Shown here: piece by piece, positions 37,525-47,505 of the stretch
Position numbering within the stretch: position 1 is the first letter of the stretch
Layout: the number at the start of each line of letters is the position of its first letter
Origin: Calditrichia bacterium
GTDB taxonomy: Bacteria; Calditrichota; Calditrichia; RBG-13-44-9; J075
NCBI GenBank assembly: GCA_028284445.1
Contig: JANQRS010000026.1
Location: forward strand, 41,653 to 105,652
Direction of reading: 5' to 3'
Length of the DNA: 64,000 nt
The notes under the pieces: generated by a model
What the model saw: only the letters and a program-made list of their open reading frames with translations
Database searches by the model: none
Told to the model about the DNA's origin: nothing
Position numbers and translations under genes: made by a program

Positions 37525-39020
37525 ATGCCAATTCTCTGATATGCGCGTTCAACATCTTCAGGTGTAATCGACTGACCGGTGAAAATCTCAAATTGCTTTG
37601 CTGCTTGCAGCAAAAACATATCCACGCCGGAAATGATACGGCATCCACGATCCTGGGCAATCTGCAGGAAGCGGGTTACCGGCGGATTGTAAATGACGTC
37701 CAAAACCACGCGCTCGCGACGAAAATGCGAAGTACCGGTTGGATAGCGGTCGGTATATGGAACCATGCCAACCGGGGTTGTCTGAATTATCCCGGAAACA
37801 CCGGCATAGTGCACTTCGCTTTCCAGTAGAAAATCGATACCGAGCTTCTCGGAAAGCAGATTACCACGCTCCTGGTTTCTGCCGACGACAAATACCGGTT
37901 TGATATCAAGACGCTTTAATGCCGCGATGGCGCTGCGGGCAGTTGCCCCGGTGCCAATGACCAGCGCCCCACTGCCGAGCAAATGGCGTACCGGCGTAAG
38001 CAGCGCCTGTAAAGCCAGGAAGTCTGTATTATGCCCGGTCCATCCTTTGGATGTTTTGATCAAGGTATTGCATACACCGGATATCTTCACTTCGGTCGTG
38101 AAATCATCCAAAAAAGGAACAATTGTTTCTTTATGAGGAATTGTAACACTCAACCCATGCAGGTGCGGGTGCCATTTCTCCCAAAACGATTCCAGTTCCT
38201 CGACGTGGAAGTTCAGATAAATATAGTCGGGATCATTGGCCTTGCGATTCTTCAAATGCTGGGCAATCAGGTCATTATGCAGACGCCAGCCCTTGCTTTG
38301 GTGAATCGGTGAGCCGATCAGTCCAAGCACGCGCGTCTTGTTGCGCTTCTCGGGAATATTGAAATAGTTGCTGGCTTCCAGCAGGGTCAGTTGCCCGGAA
38401 GCTGTGGTTTTATCGAAGGCATTTGCCACATATGTCCACTCGTTGCCATCAAGCGCGCCCATGATGCGCGAAAGCTTGCCGTCATCATCCATACCGTGAA
38501 TCACATACTTGACTTTGCTCAGTTTTGCTTTCTTGATCAGGCGCTTGGCGATCAGCGAATCGTTCAGCGATTGTGCCGTATAGATCAGTTTGTAGACGTC
38601 GGCTTTGACTTCCAGCATTTCCTCTAAAATGGCGGTCAGTTTTTCCGCATCATTGTCCCTTGTATGATAGGAGAGAATCACCTTGGTTTTTCTGTCTTTA
38701 GGCAGGCTGTCGATACATTTGGCGGAAGCAAATTCAATATCGACATAAGCCACTTCTGCTTTGCAAGCTGCTTTCGCGAACTTCAAATATTCTGCATCGC
38801 TGCCTTCCCAAAAGCCGCCCTGGGACTTGGTGCGCAAGGTTGCAATGATTGGCGTATCAACATTCTTCAGAGTACGCGCCCAACTGATGCGCGGAATGTG
38901 GTCGGCCCGAATTTCAAGGAAGTCACCCTCGATGGCATTGGAGAGCCACTCTTTCAGCTCTTTATCATTTGATGGTAACAAACTGGTACAGAGTTTATTC
39001 CGTTTGGTAGGCATCCTCAA
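37521..39020 (-). CDS. aroE: Bifunctional type I 3-dehydroquinate dehydratase / shikimate dehydrogenase (AroD-AroE fusion)
   Basis: N-terminal EIRAD, YVDIE, ILSYH and YKL (DHQase I); C-terminal SVTIPHKE, NT, GHNTD, GTGATAR, DVIYNP and GVDMFLLQA. Confidence 0.92.
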   Translation of the reverse strand: MRMPTKRNKLCTSLLPSNDKELKEWLSNAIEGDFLEIRADHIPRISWARTLKNVDTPIIATLRTKSQGGFWEGSDAEYLKFAKAACKAEVAYVDIEFASAKCIDSLPKDRKTKVILSYHTRDNDAEKLTAILEEMLEVKADVYKLIYTAQSLNDSLIAKRLIKKAKLSKVKYVIHGMDDDGKLSRIMGALDGNEWTYVANAFDKTTASGQLTLLEASNYFNIPEKRNKTRVLGLIGSPIHQSKGWRLHNDLIAQHLKNRKANDPDYIYLNFHVEELESFWEKWHPHLHGLSVTIPHKETIVPFLDDFTTEVKISGVCNTLIKTSKGWTGHNTDFLALQALLTPVRHLLGSGALVIGTGATARSAIAALKRLDIKPVFVVGRNQERGNLLSEKLGIDFLLESEVHYAGVSGIIQTTPVGMVPYTDRYPTGTSHFRRERVVLDVIYNPPVTRFLQIAQDRGCRIISGVDMFLLQAAKQFEIFTGQSITPEDVERAYQRIGI

Positions 39021-40080
39021 GTTCCTGTTTTTCGATTGCGTAATATAATTCGGGCTTCGTTTCGGTTCGCATTAAGGTAAAGCGAGGCAGTTGCCGCCTT
39101 GCTTTTTTATCGGTTAGAATGACATTCCAAATATCGTCCAGCGAATAATCATGAAGATGAACGGTATTCAGTCCGAGATTGGCGAACAGTGCTTTCTGGC
39201 GGTGAACGAGTTCCTGCGGATAATCCAATAATTGATGAGACAGGCGAGCGGCGATGTTCATGCCCTCCGCGATGGCAAATCCGTGTTTGACGCCGTATTG
39301 ACTGAGCTTTTCAATGGCATGGCCGACGGTATGTCCCCAGTTGAGAATACTGCGCAGACCGGATTCTTTCTCATCTTTCTCAACCACATCAATTTTTAGC
39401 TGAATACAGCGGCGGATAATCGGTTCGATGAAGCTGGGATCATATTTGACCACGGCGGCAATATTGGCTTCCAACTGCTGCCAGAGCTCCGGATCGAGAA
39501 TGACGCCGTACTTGACCACTTCTGCCATCCCGTTGATGTATTCTTCATCGCTCAATGTGGAGAGGTAATGAATGTCGCTAAAGACAGCGGTTGGCTGATA
39601 GAAGGCCCCAAGCAAGTTCTTGCCCGCAGCGTGATTAACACCAACCTTGCCGCCGATGCTGCTGTCGACCTGGGCCAGCAATGTTGTTGGGACATGAACC
39701 AGTTGTACCCCACGATGCAGCGTGGCTGCCACATAACCGGCCATATCACCCGTGACCCCGCCACCAAAGGCAACAATCACCGTATCACGGCCGGCTTTTG
39801 CAGAAAGCAGCTTGTCATGCAAAGAAGCGGTGGTTTCGGCATTCTTGCTGGCCTCACCGGCGGGGAAGGAGAACAATTCCTTAAAGCCAGGATGTGCGCT
39901 TAAATGAGATGTCAGTTGGGCGCCATGGAGCTGATTGACTGTGTCGTCGCTGATGACAAAGATGGAATGCTCCGGAAATTCCCCCAGCAAATACTGGCAA
40001 AGTGTGTCACCAAGATGTTCCCCGACCACAAAGGGAATTTCCTTCTGCCGGATGCTGAGATTCATGCGCAGTTTTTGCAT
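38995..40080 (-). CDS. aroB: 3-dehydroquinate synthase
   Basis: GEASK, FGGGVTGD, PTTLLAQVDSSIGGK, KNLLGAFYQP, LNWGHTVGHAIE and HGFAIAEG. Confidence 0.97.
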   Translation of the reverse strand: MQKLRMNLSIRQKEIPFVVGEHLGDTLCQYLLGEFPEHSIFVISDDTVNQLHGAQLTSHLSAHPGFKELFSFPAGEASKNAETTASLHDKLLSAKAGRDTVIVAFGGGVTGDMAGYVAATLHRGVQLVHVPTTLLAQVDSSIGGKVGVNHAAGKNLLGAFYQPTAVFSDIHYLSTLSDEEYINGMAEVVKYGVILDPELWQQLEANIAAVVKYDPSFIEPIIRRCIQLKIDVVEKDEKESGLRSILNWGHTVGHAIEKLSQYGVKHGFAIAEGMNIAARLSHQLLDYPQELVHRQKALFANLGLNTVHLHDYSLDDIWNVILTDKKARRQLPRFTLMRTETKPELYYAIEKQELEDAYQTE

Positions 40081-40352
40081 GGCCCGTCTGGTCTCTTCTA
40101 CTTAAGACAAACCCCTCTGGAAATGGAGAGGGGCAATGTGTTTTTCGGCTGATTTGAACCCGCTAAATCTTGCTTTGAGGGCGAATTTGCGACTCGCCAC
40201 TTCGTGAAGGTTCGCCCAATATATATTGACACTTGAGGCAAATCAACCGGAAATAATCACAGCATATAAAAACGATTGCAGTTTCTTTTTGAATCGCACC
40301 TAATCGGTCCTAAATTAAGCAGCCTGAAATCAACATTTAAGAACGAGCAACA

Positions 40353-41840
40353 ATGAAAAACTTAGTTCCGCAGTGTCTGTTAGCCCTCTTGATATTGATT
40401 GTTAGCGTGGCTTGTCAACCCGCTGCAAAGATGGAAAAGCAGAAACCGAAGCCCGTCGATTTTCGTGAGACGGTAGAGCAACTCATACACAACGACTCGA
40501 CATTATATGAATGGGTTGATCCGGAAGCCCTCGCGGCATCACGTCGACTGGGAATCAGCTATAAGAAAGTTGCCCACAAATTCCTGATTCAGAATGGGAT
40601 TGACGTCAAAGTGCAAAACGGCTTGAAGGCCGGCGTATTGAAATACACCCTTGCTGATTCATTGCTGGAAGATGGGTTTCGCAGGGTGACGTTAGAGGTG
40701 GCATCCAGTGACTATGAATTTAGCTGGATCTTTCGCAATGGCCGTTTGTCTTCGCCTATTCATTATTACAGCCGCAACTGGCAGCAGCGAAAGTCACGCT
40801 TCTTTCGTTTTCTGATTAGCGACCCGGCAGATTTTAACAAAGCCGCAATTGCGCAGCTGGATGAGTTCGTCGACGAACTGGCTGAAACGCTGGCTTTAAC
40901 ACCGGGCCAAATCGATACGCTTGGCCGTGAAAAGATTGACTACGTGCTCTGTCACAGTCCGGAAGAAATTGAGGTCTTAACCGGATTTAATACCCGCGGG
41001 ATCTACATATTGGCTTTCGATCAGGTAGTCAGCACATTCAATACCCATTTCCATGAAGTCGCGCATCTCCTGCTGAATTTTAAGCAGCGGGAATCTGACC
41101 TATTCGTTCATCCGTTTCTGCAGGAGGGCTTTGCGACAGCGATGGGCGGGCGTGGTGGAAAATCGACACGCGTGATTAATGAGCTTGGCGCCTTTCTGCA
41201 GATCAGTGAATTTATGAAAGTGAATGAGATTCTCGATGCGGACGCCTTTCGTAATAATGATGCGTCTCTCACTTATCCGTTGAGCGGTGTCTATCATCAA
41301 TTCCTGCTGTCCGAATGGAGTATCGACAAATACCTTGACTATTACCAGAAATGGGGAAGCGCCAGTCCGACCCTGCGCCGGAAACGACTGCGTGCAAATC
41401 AGCTGCCGCCAATGAAGCGCTTCAATGATTACGTTAAGGCATATCAGGAAAATGTTGCAGTCTTTTTTACCGATGAACCGAGCGGCAAGCTGGTGCTTGA
41501 GGCGGATTGGGGACAAGTTTGGGATGAAGGAGAGAGCTTTCGATTTAGTTTGACCCAGTCGCTTCAACTTTCAGAAGCCGAACGTCCGAGCGGTTTTCTT
41601 AGCCAGGAGTATGGAGAAATTTTTTCCGATCGCACTTATAGCGGCGAGAAATATCTGCTTGAAGTTGGGGATGATGAGATAAAGCTCTTCAATCTCTATT
41701 TTGGACGTCTGGACGCCTTTTACAGCAATGGCTTGACCCTTGACCGACGACAAATCAAGCGCGACAACGGCCACTACGAATTCAATATTCGCAAGGAAGC
41801 GTTTGAGAATGATTTGTTGAAGATGGTGATTGAGAAGTAG
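40353..41840 (+). CDS. Lipoprotein with a gluzincin-like metallopeptidase motif
   Basis: Lipobox VSVAC; HEVAH (41052-41066) followed by FLQEGFA. Confidence 0.55.
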   Translation: MKNLVPQCLLALLILIVSVACQPAAKMEKQKPKPVDFRETVEQLIHNDSTLYEWVDPEALAASRRLGISYKKVAHKFLIQNGIDVKVQNGLKAGVLKYTLADSLLEDGFRRVTLEVASSDYEFSWIFRNGRLSSPIHYYSRNWQQRKSRFFRFLISDPADFNKAAIAQLDEFVDELAETLALTPGQIDTLGREKIDYVLCHSPEEIEVLTGFNTRGIYILAFDQVVSTFNTHFHEVAHLLLNFKQRESDLFVHPFLQEGFATAMGGRGGKSTRVINELGAFLQISEFMKVNEILDADAFRNNDASLTYPLSGVYHQFLLSEWSIDKYLDYYQKWGSASPTLRRKRLRANQLPPMKRFNDYVKAYQENVAVFFTDEPSGKLVLEADWGQVWDEGESFRFSLTQSLQLSEAERPSGFLSQEYGEIFSDRTYSGEKYLLEVGDDEIKLFNLYFGRLDAFYSNGLTLDRRQIKRDNGHYEFNIRKEAFENDLLKMVIEK

Positions 41841-41849
41841 ATTGCCTCG

Positions 41850-42878
41850 TCAAGCTCCGGGCCAGGTATCGGCAATGCGATAACCTTCCGGCCAGGGATC
41901 GTCCGGGTCAAGCATCAGCTGGTGGGTGCCGGTAATCCAGGCCCTACCGGAAACAGTAGGGATAATCGCTTGCTTGTCACCAACTGTTGTTTCCGAAGCA
42001 ATACTGCAAATAAATTCCGAACCGATAATCGAATGTGCGCGATAGCGCTCGCCAACTTGCATCTGTCCACGTGCATGGAGAACCGCCATTCGTGCGGAAC
42101 AGCCGGTGCCTGTGGGGCAGCGATCAATCTTCCCCGGTTGGATAACCACCGCATTTGGGCCCACCCACTCGCCGTCTTTTTTCTCCAGCGGTCCGGCAAA
42201 CTGGCAGAATGAAATATGATCCCAATCTTTATTGCCCGGATGATAAAACCCGAGTTGCTCGTTGGCGGCGTTGGTGATTTTTACGCCAAGTTCAACCAGG
42301 TTCCCTGCCTCTGATGGATGGATCTGAATGCCAAGGGCTTTGGCGTCGACAATCACAAAGCTGTCACCACCGTAAGCGGTATCAACAGTCAGCGTGCCGA
42401 GGCCCGCTACTTCCAGTTTGGCGTCAAGCTTGTCGACAAAGGACGGCACGTTGGTAATGGTAATCCGCTCCGCCTTGCCATTGTGACAAAGCGCCTTCAC
42501 TTTGACCAACCCCCCGGGCGCTTCCATGAAGAATTCAGTCTCCGGCTCGGTCATTGGCACAATGCCGGTATCGAGAACAACTGTTGCCACGCAGATGGAG
42601 TTTGAACCGGACATCGGCGGGGTATCGGCGGGCTCCATAATAATCCAGCCCACCTTCGCTTGCGGATGTTTCGGCGGCACCAATAGGTTGACGTGTCGAA
42701 AAACACCGCCTCGCGGTTCGTTGAGAACGAAGCGCCGCAGTTTATCATCCTGCTCTATGAAGCAGCGTTGTTCCCAAAGCGTATCGCCCGGCGGCGGGGC
42801 AACGCCGCCAACGATTACATCGCCGACTTCCCCTTCCGCATGACAGCTAACAATGTGAATGGTTTTGCTTGTTCTCAT
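41850..42878 (-). CDS. Proline racemase family protein, Ser/Thr type (probable trans-3-hydroxy-L-proline dehydratase)
   Basis: HAEGE, LNEPRG, MSGSN in place of MCGH, and DRCPTGTG in place of DRSPCGT. Confidence 0.8.
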   Translation of the reverse strand: MRTSKTIHIVSCHAEGEVGDVIVGGVAPPPGDTLWEQRCFIEQDDKLRRFVLNEPRGGVFRHVNLLVPPKHPQAKVGWIIMEPADTPPMSGSNSICVATVVLDTGIVPMTEPETEFFMEAPGGLVKVKALCHNGKAERITITNVPSFVDKLDAKLEVAGLGTLTVDTAYGGDSFVIVDAKALGIQIHPSEAGNLVELGVKITNAANEQLGFYHPGNKDWDHISFCQFAGPLEKKDGEWVGPNAVVIQPGKIDRCPTGTGCSARMAVLHARGQMQVGERYRAHSIIGSEFICSIASETTVGDKQAIIPTVSGRAWITGTHQLMLDPDDPWPEGYRIADTWPGA

Positions 42879-42934
42879 GAGATTTAAGCTTCTTTGTCTG
42901 TTGGCTGGCTGATTCTACTGCCAGGAGCACTGTA

Positions 42935-42978
42935 AGTCCCCCCTCTATCTCCCCCCGGGGGGAGATAGAGGGGGGACT
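42935..42978. repeat. C/G-tract palindrome, CCCGGG-centred subtype (perfect, 44 bp)
   Basis: AGTCCCCCCTCTATCTCCCCCC|GGGGGGAGATAGAGGGGGGACT. Confidence 0.9.
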
Positions 42979-42981
42979 GTT

Positions 42982-45900
42982 CTATTTTAACTTTTTCTTT
43001 ATAGCTCTTGCCGGTTTCACGGCCTTCTTCGCTTTACTTGCTGCCTTGCTTCGCGGTTTTTTTGCTGGTTCTGCCGCTGCAAACAGCTTTTCTACCTGGT
43101 ATTCTGACTTCTCGGCGGCCTTCTGCCATTTTTCAATCATGGCAAAGAAGGTCCTGGCAGATTTCCCGGCGGCTCCGACTTTTGCTTTCCCCGTTTGCGG
43201 CTTTGCCGATTTGCTCTTTTGCTGATTTACAGATTTGCTGATTTGCTCTTTTGCTGATTTGCCATCTTGTTGATTTGCCGTTATTTCGAACACCTGCACC
43301 AGGGGCAACCAGTTACAGATTTCAGAAAATGCCTCCTTATTGAACCAGACTGTCTCTTCAAACTGATTAACGCCACTATAGGCCTGGAAGGCCGGTGTCG
43401 CAAAAAGATGTCTGAGCAATGAAGTTGATTCTTTTGCTGTTTCAATTTCCAGCAGCGCTTTTTGTAATGTTAGCAAGAGCTGCACCTGGTCAACTGCTTG
43501 ATGTGCTGCGTCGTCAGCAAGGCCCCAATTTTGGAGTTGCGCGACGATAACTGTACGCAGTCGCCAATCGTGCATCCACTGCCGGCTGGCATCGAGATAG
43601 TCGCCGGGCAGGGTCTTTTTCGGCAGGGCAAGATGCCCGAGATCGCGCAGAATGAGCCAGTAGCACAATACTGCAAAACGCTGCTTATCTGCACCGACTT
43701 CGTCTATTGCTTGCTTCAGGCGTTTGTCTGCTGCCGATGTGCCAAGCTCCAGGTTTTTGCTTGCAGCCTTACCGGTGAATTTCAGCAGTTCTGAAAGTTG
43801 ATTGCTGATTTTCGCTGCTGATGGCAGGTTGGGAGTATCGATCTTTTCAAAGTCAACAGCGGTTTTGAGGAACGCTTTGTAGCCCACCTCAAATTCCTTG
43901 AGGGTTTTACGAATGTCTGCAGCCGTGATGTCGCCCTGATAGCGTTGCCACAATGCAGTCAGTGTTTCTTTATCGAAGCGCGCCGTAAAACTCTGGTGAA
44001 TCGGCTGCACATACATTTCGTGAAGCGCCTCGTCGATGCTGGGAACGCCCCGTCCATTCAGATAGGTATTTAGTCGGCCATATTGCAGGCTAATGCTATC
44101 AGCAACGAAGCGAAAATCGATGTATACATGATATTTATATGCGCCCAATTCCACCCGGAAGCCGTGATCCCAGATTTCCCGTGAGGAGCGAATATATTCC
44201 AGACCGCTAATCTGATCGCGGAAGATGACAAAGCTATTGGCATCGATTGGTAGTTGCAGGCCATCGCCGAGGTTGCGCTGAACGAGGGACTTGTCGCTGC
44301 CGCCGTTTTTGCTGGAGAACGCTGCAGAGCGACGAATCCAGCCGCTAGTTTGCGAGTAGGCATTGTTAAATACCACCAGGGCGCGCTCATCGCCAAAGCG
44401 ATTGGAGTAGGCAAAGACGTTTTCGTCTACTGATCCGTTCTCCAGGTAAAAATCGTAGAGCAGAAAATGCTCGACTTCCGCGAATAGATAGCGCTTTTTC
44501 AGCAGCGGGAAAATTTCACGAGCGTGGCGATCGATCAACCACTGATTCGGTGTTTCATCCCAATACGCTCGTTTGAATTCCATCCCATACTTTTCGCGAT
44601 ATCCTTCCACCTGGCCATGACCAAACATTGGCAATCCCGGTAGAGTAGACATCAGAATACAGACCCCGAAGTATTTGTCGCCATCGCCAAATTGCTCTAT
44701 CGCAGTATCTTCATCCGGATTATTCATGAAGTTGACATACCGTTTCAGTACTTCCGGCTCAAATTCGAGTGTGTTTTTGATGGTATAGCGGTATTTCTTG
44801 TTCTCCTCTTTCTTAAGCATGTTCATGAAGGCACTGTTATACACCCGGTGCATACCGAGGGTGCGAACGAAATAACCCTCCATCATCCAGAATGCCTCAG
44901 CCAGCAAAAGTGTGTCCGGTGACTCTTCAGCCACGCGATCAACAACTTCGCGCCAGAACTCGATTGGGATCAGCTCATTAAAATGGGCAAATGTTAATCC
45001 ATGCTCCGCCCGAGAAGGAATATCGCCGCCGCTGCCCGGTTGGGGATACCACAAGCGCTGAAAGTGCTTTTTGGCGAGGGTCATGGCGGCATCAAAGCGA
45101 ATAATCGGCGAAAGACGTGCCACCCGCAGAATGGTCTGGATAATCTCTTCGCGGACTTCCGGAATCAGATAGTTGAGCTGGGCAGTATCATTCCAGGGCA
45201 TGCTGGTGCCATCATTTCCGTGGTAGATAAAGCGTGTCTCGCCGCTGTGATTGTCGACGCGCTTAAACACCACGGAGGCATCGGTGCGATCATAATAGTG
45301 ATCTTCCAGGTAGATCCCAACATGTGGATTGTTCGAAAGGTTCACACCATTAAATGTATATGATGGAAATGGGGGATAGGGAAGCTGGATGAACCAGTCC
45401 GGCCGCTCCATCATCAGCCGTGAATCGATACCGGTGTGATTGGGTACCATGTCGCTCCCAAGGCGGATACCGCGCTGCCAGCAGCGATCACGCAAGATGA
45501 TATATGCCTCTTCACCACCAAGCTCCTGTGCAATCTGATAGTCTTCCAGCGAATATGCCGAAGCTTCCGCATCGCTGTTTCCGGTCAGGTGTTTGATGCG
45601 TTTGGAGGCCTTGCTGCGTTCCCATAGCCCGATGAGCCACAATCCGGTAAAACCACGTCCTGCCAGCATATCCAGTTCTTCATCCGGAACTTCATCAAGG
45701 CGGCGAATTTCACGCTCATATTGCTTGCTGAGTTGATCGAGCCAAACCAGGGTGCACTTCGCCAGGAGCACCAGGCGTGGCATCCAGTCCAGGTCTGCGC
45801 TAAACTGTTCCGGTTCGTCGTACTCATATGAAAAATCAGGCACGTGGGTTTCTACTTCACCGCTTGCCGGATTAAAGCGCTGTTTCTGCTCCTCGCTGAT

Positions 45901-46788
45901 ATAGTCAAGGTTGCGGAGCATGCGAACCTCGTATTCATCCGGGGGAAGACCCCACTCGTGAATGAAGGCATCGCCGAGAACGATCCGCCAGTTGATATCT
46001 GACATGGCTTCCAGCAGCATGCCCCAATTCAGGCGAATAAAGCGTAGTTGCTCGCTGAGTGATCCACCCGCTTCCCGCCCCGGTTGCAAGAGCAGGTCGA
46101 TCAGACTCATTTTGTTTTGACCGGGACCGAACCAGGGCTGGTCATCGAAAAAGGAGATGAGCTCCTGAACCGCCGGTTTGTATACGGTTTCCTTTTGCAG
46201 CAAGGTATCGTCAAAGAGCTCGCGGAATTTATCAAAGGCCGGATTTTGATTGGCGAGCCAAAGCACCAGCAATTCTTCCAGAACCAGTTCCCGATTACTC
46301 ACACCGTCGGTAGTTCCAGCCAAATATTCCCTGGGCGTCATTTTTGCGTTGTAAACCGGCGTCGGCGGGAATTCATCAATAAAACGCAATAGCAAACCGT
46401 CCGTTTTATCCTCGGCAAACTGTTTTTGCAGTTGTTCGATGGCTTCATTGAAGACATTCCCGTTTATCTGCTCGCGATATTGACGAATGATGTTGTGTAG
46501 AATTTCGTCGATCAATCCCAGGGCATTCAGCTCGGCCGCGCTGCAAGCCTGTTCCGGATGATTAATGATGTCTCGCTTTTGATTGATTTTCTGGGCAAAT
46601 ACACGCGCCGCATAAAAATTGGCGAAGATGACGTTGCCGCTGGTTGTGAACAGCGTTTCGTCGAACTGATATTTCTCTCTTGCCGCCCGCGATACGTGGA
46701 AGGCCATTTCGCGATGATCGAGGCGATCTGTGCGCGGGAATTTATCAAAATGGACCCGAAGGGCAATCGGGTGATCCGGTAAAAGCAT
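42982..46788 (-). CDS. Large GH13 alpha-amylase-family protein with long N- and C-terminal extensions
   Basis: DMVPNH, MPWNDTAQL, IRFDAAM (nucleophile), LLAEAFW (acid/base), FMNNPDE and PGLPMFGHGQ. Confidence 0.9.
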   Translation of the reverse strand: MLLPDHPIALRVHFDKFPRTDRLDHREMAFHVSRAAREKYQFDETLFTTSGNVIFANFYAARVFAQKINQKRDIINHPEQACSAAELNALGLIDEILHNIIRQYREQINGNVFNEAIEQLQKQFAEDKTDGLLLRFIDEFPPTPVYNAKMTPREYLAGTTDGVSNRELVLEELLVLWLANQNPAFDKFRELFDDTLLQKETVYKPAVQELISFFDDQPWFGPGQNKMSLIDLLLQPGREAGGSLSEQLRFIRLNWGMLLEAMSDINWRIVLGDAFIHEWGLPPDEYEVRMLRNLDYISEEQKQRFNPASGEVETHVPDFSYEYDEPEQFSADLDWMPRLVLLAKCTLVWLDQLSKQYEREIRRLDEVPDEELDMLAGRGFTGLWLIGLWERSKASKRIKHLTGNSDAEASAYSLEDYQIAQELGGEEAYIILRDRCWQRGIRLGSDMVPNHTGIDSRLMMERPDWFIQLPYPPFPSYTFNGVNLSNNPHVGIYLEDHYYDRTDASVVFKRVDNHSGETRFIYHGNDGTSMPWNDTAQLNYLIPEVREEIIQTILRVARLSPIIRFDAAMTLAKKHFQRLWYPQPGSGGDIPSRAEHGLTFAHFNELIPIEFWREVVDRVAEESPDTLLLAEAFWMMEGYFVRTLGMHRVYNSAFMNMLKKEENKKYRYTIKNTLEFEPEVLKRYVNFMNNPDEDTAIEQFGDGDKYFGVCILMSTLPGLPMFGHGQVEGYREKYGMEFKRAYWDETPNQWLIDRHAREIFPLLKKRYLFAEVEHFLLYDFYLENGSVDENVFAYSNRFGDERALVVFNNAYSQTSGWIRRSAAFSSKNGGSDKSLVQRNLGDGLQLPIDANSFVIFRDQISGLEYIRSSREIWDHGFRVELGAYKYHVYIDFRFVADSISLQYGRLNTYLNGRGVPSIDEALHEMYVQPIHQSFTARFDKETLTALWQRYQGDITAADIRKTLKEFEVGYKAFLKTAVDFEKIDTPNLPSAAKISNQLSELLKFTGKAASKNLELGTSAADKRLKQAIDEVGADKQRFAVLCYWLILRDLGHLALPKKTLPGDYLDASRQWMHDWRLRTVIVAQLQNWGLADDAAHQAVDQVQLLLTLQKALLEIETAKESTSLLRHLFATPAFQAYSGVNQFEETVWFNKEAFSEICNWLPLVQVFEITANQQDGKSAKEQISKSVNQQKSKSAKPQTGKAKVGAAGKSARTFFAMIEKWQKAAEKSEYQVEKLFAAAEPAKKPRSKAASKAKKAVKPARAIKKKLK
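43202..43281. repeat. Ten degenerate octamers (consensus TTTGCTGA) inside the GH13 CDS
   Basis: TTTGCCGA TTTGCTCT TTTGCTGA TTTACAGA TTTGCTGA TTTGCTCT TTTGCTGA TTTGCCAT CTTGTTGA TTTGCCGT. Confidence 0.85.
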
Positions 46789-46898
46789 GTGAATACCTTA
46801 GGGAAATGGGTTTCAGGCCAAAAAAATGTTCATGAAGCTATCAAAGAATGAAATGACAATCAATAGCAAAGTCGTGACGCGACCATGATCGACTTATT

Positions 46899-46930
46899 CA
46901 TTGAAACATTGAAACATTGAAACATTGAAG
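46899..46930. repeat. Octamer tandem repeat (CATTGAAA)x3 plus CATTGAAG
   Basis: Read directly from the sequence. Confidence 0.9.
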
Positions 46931-46980
46931 ATTGACAATTGTTGGCGTTTCATGGCTAGGGGGTTTTTATTGGACATTTG

Positions 46981-47505
46981 TCATTTGTCATTTTCCCAAT
47001 TCTTTGTCAAGAGCCACAACACCAACCCCAAACCCGCTCCAACCAAAAGTCCATTCACCCCGCCGCCATGTCCCTGGTAGGTGAATTTGATGTAGAGGTC
47101 CTTGGCAAAAGAGAGCAGAAGCAGGGTGATGAACCAGCCCGGCAATTTTCTGATAAGGCTCTGCGCCAGCATCAGTACATACCAGGCCATATGCCCGCTG
47201 ACCTCAACTGATTGGGCAATCAGGCGCAAATACAAGAGGACAAATCCTGCCAGCCAAACAATGATGAAAGGCGATTGTGCTTTGATGCTCCTGACAAATG
47301 GTCTTTGGAAAGTTGCGAAAATCAGGTCCCAGGCCAGGAAGGCGAAGACGAAGGAAATGGGCACATTGTAAATCAGGGATTCCGGATGGCGGACATAGGC
47401 AGGCAAGTGAGGAAAAATGTAGTAATATAGAAAAAGCCAGACGCCCATGGTGGACGTCAGGCTTAGAAAAATGTTTGTTTTGTTCGAAGGCTGCAGCTGG
47501 GCCAT
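46981..47505 (-). CDS. Hypothetical integral membrane protein
   Basis: About 6 hydrophobic segments; SGHMAW motif; abuts the upstream gene. Confidence 0.65.
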   Translation of the reverse strand: MAQLQPSNKTNIFLSLTSTMGVWLFLYYYIFPHLPAYVRHPESLIYNVPISFVFAFLAWDLIFATFQRPFVRSIKAQSPFIIVWLAGFVLLYLRLIAQSVEVSGHMAWYVLMLAQSLIRKLPGWFITLLLLSFAKDLYIKFTYQGHGGGVNGLLVGAGLGLVLWLLTKNWENDK

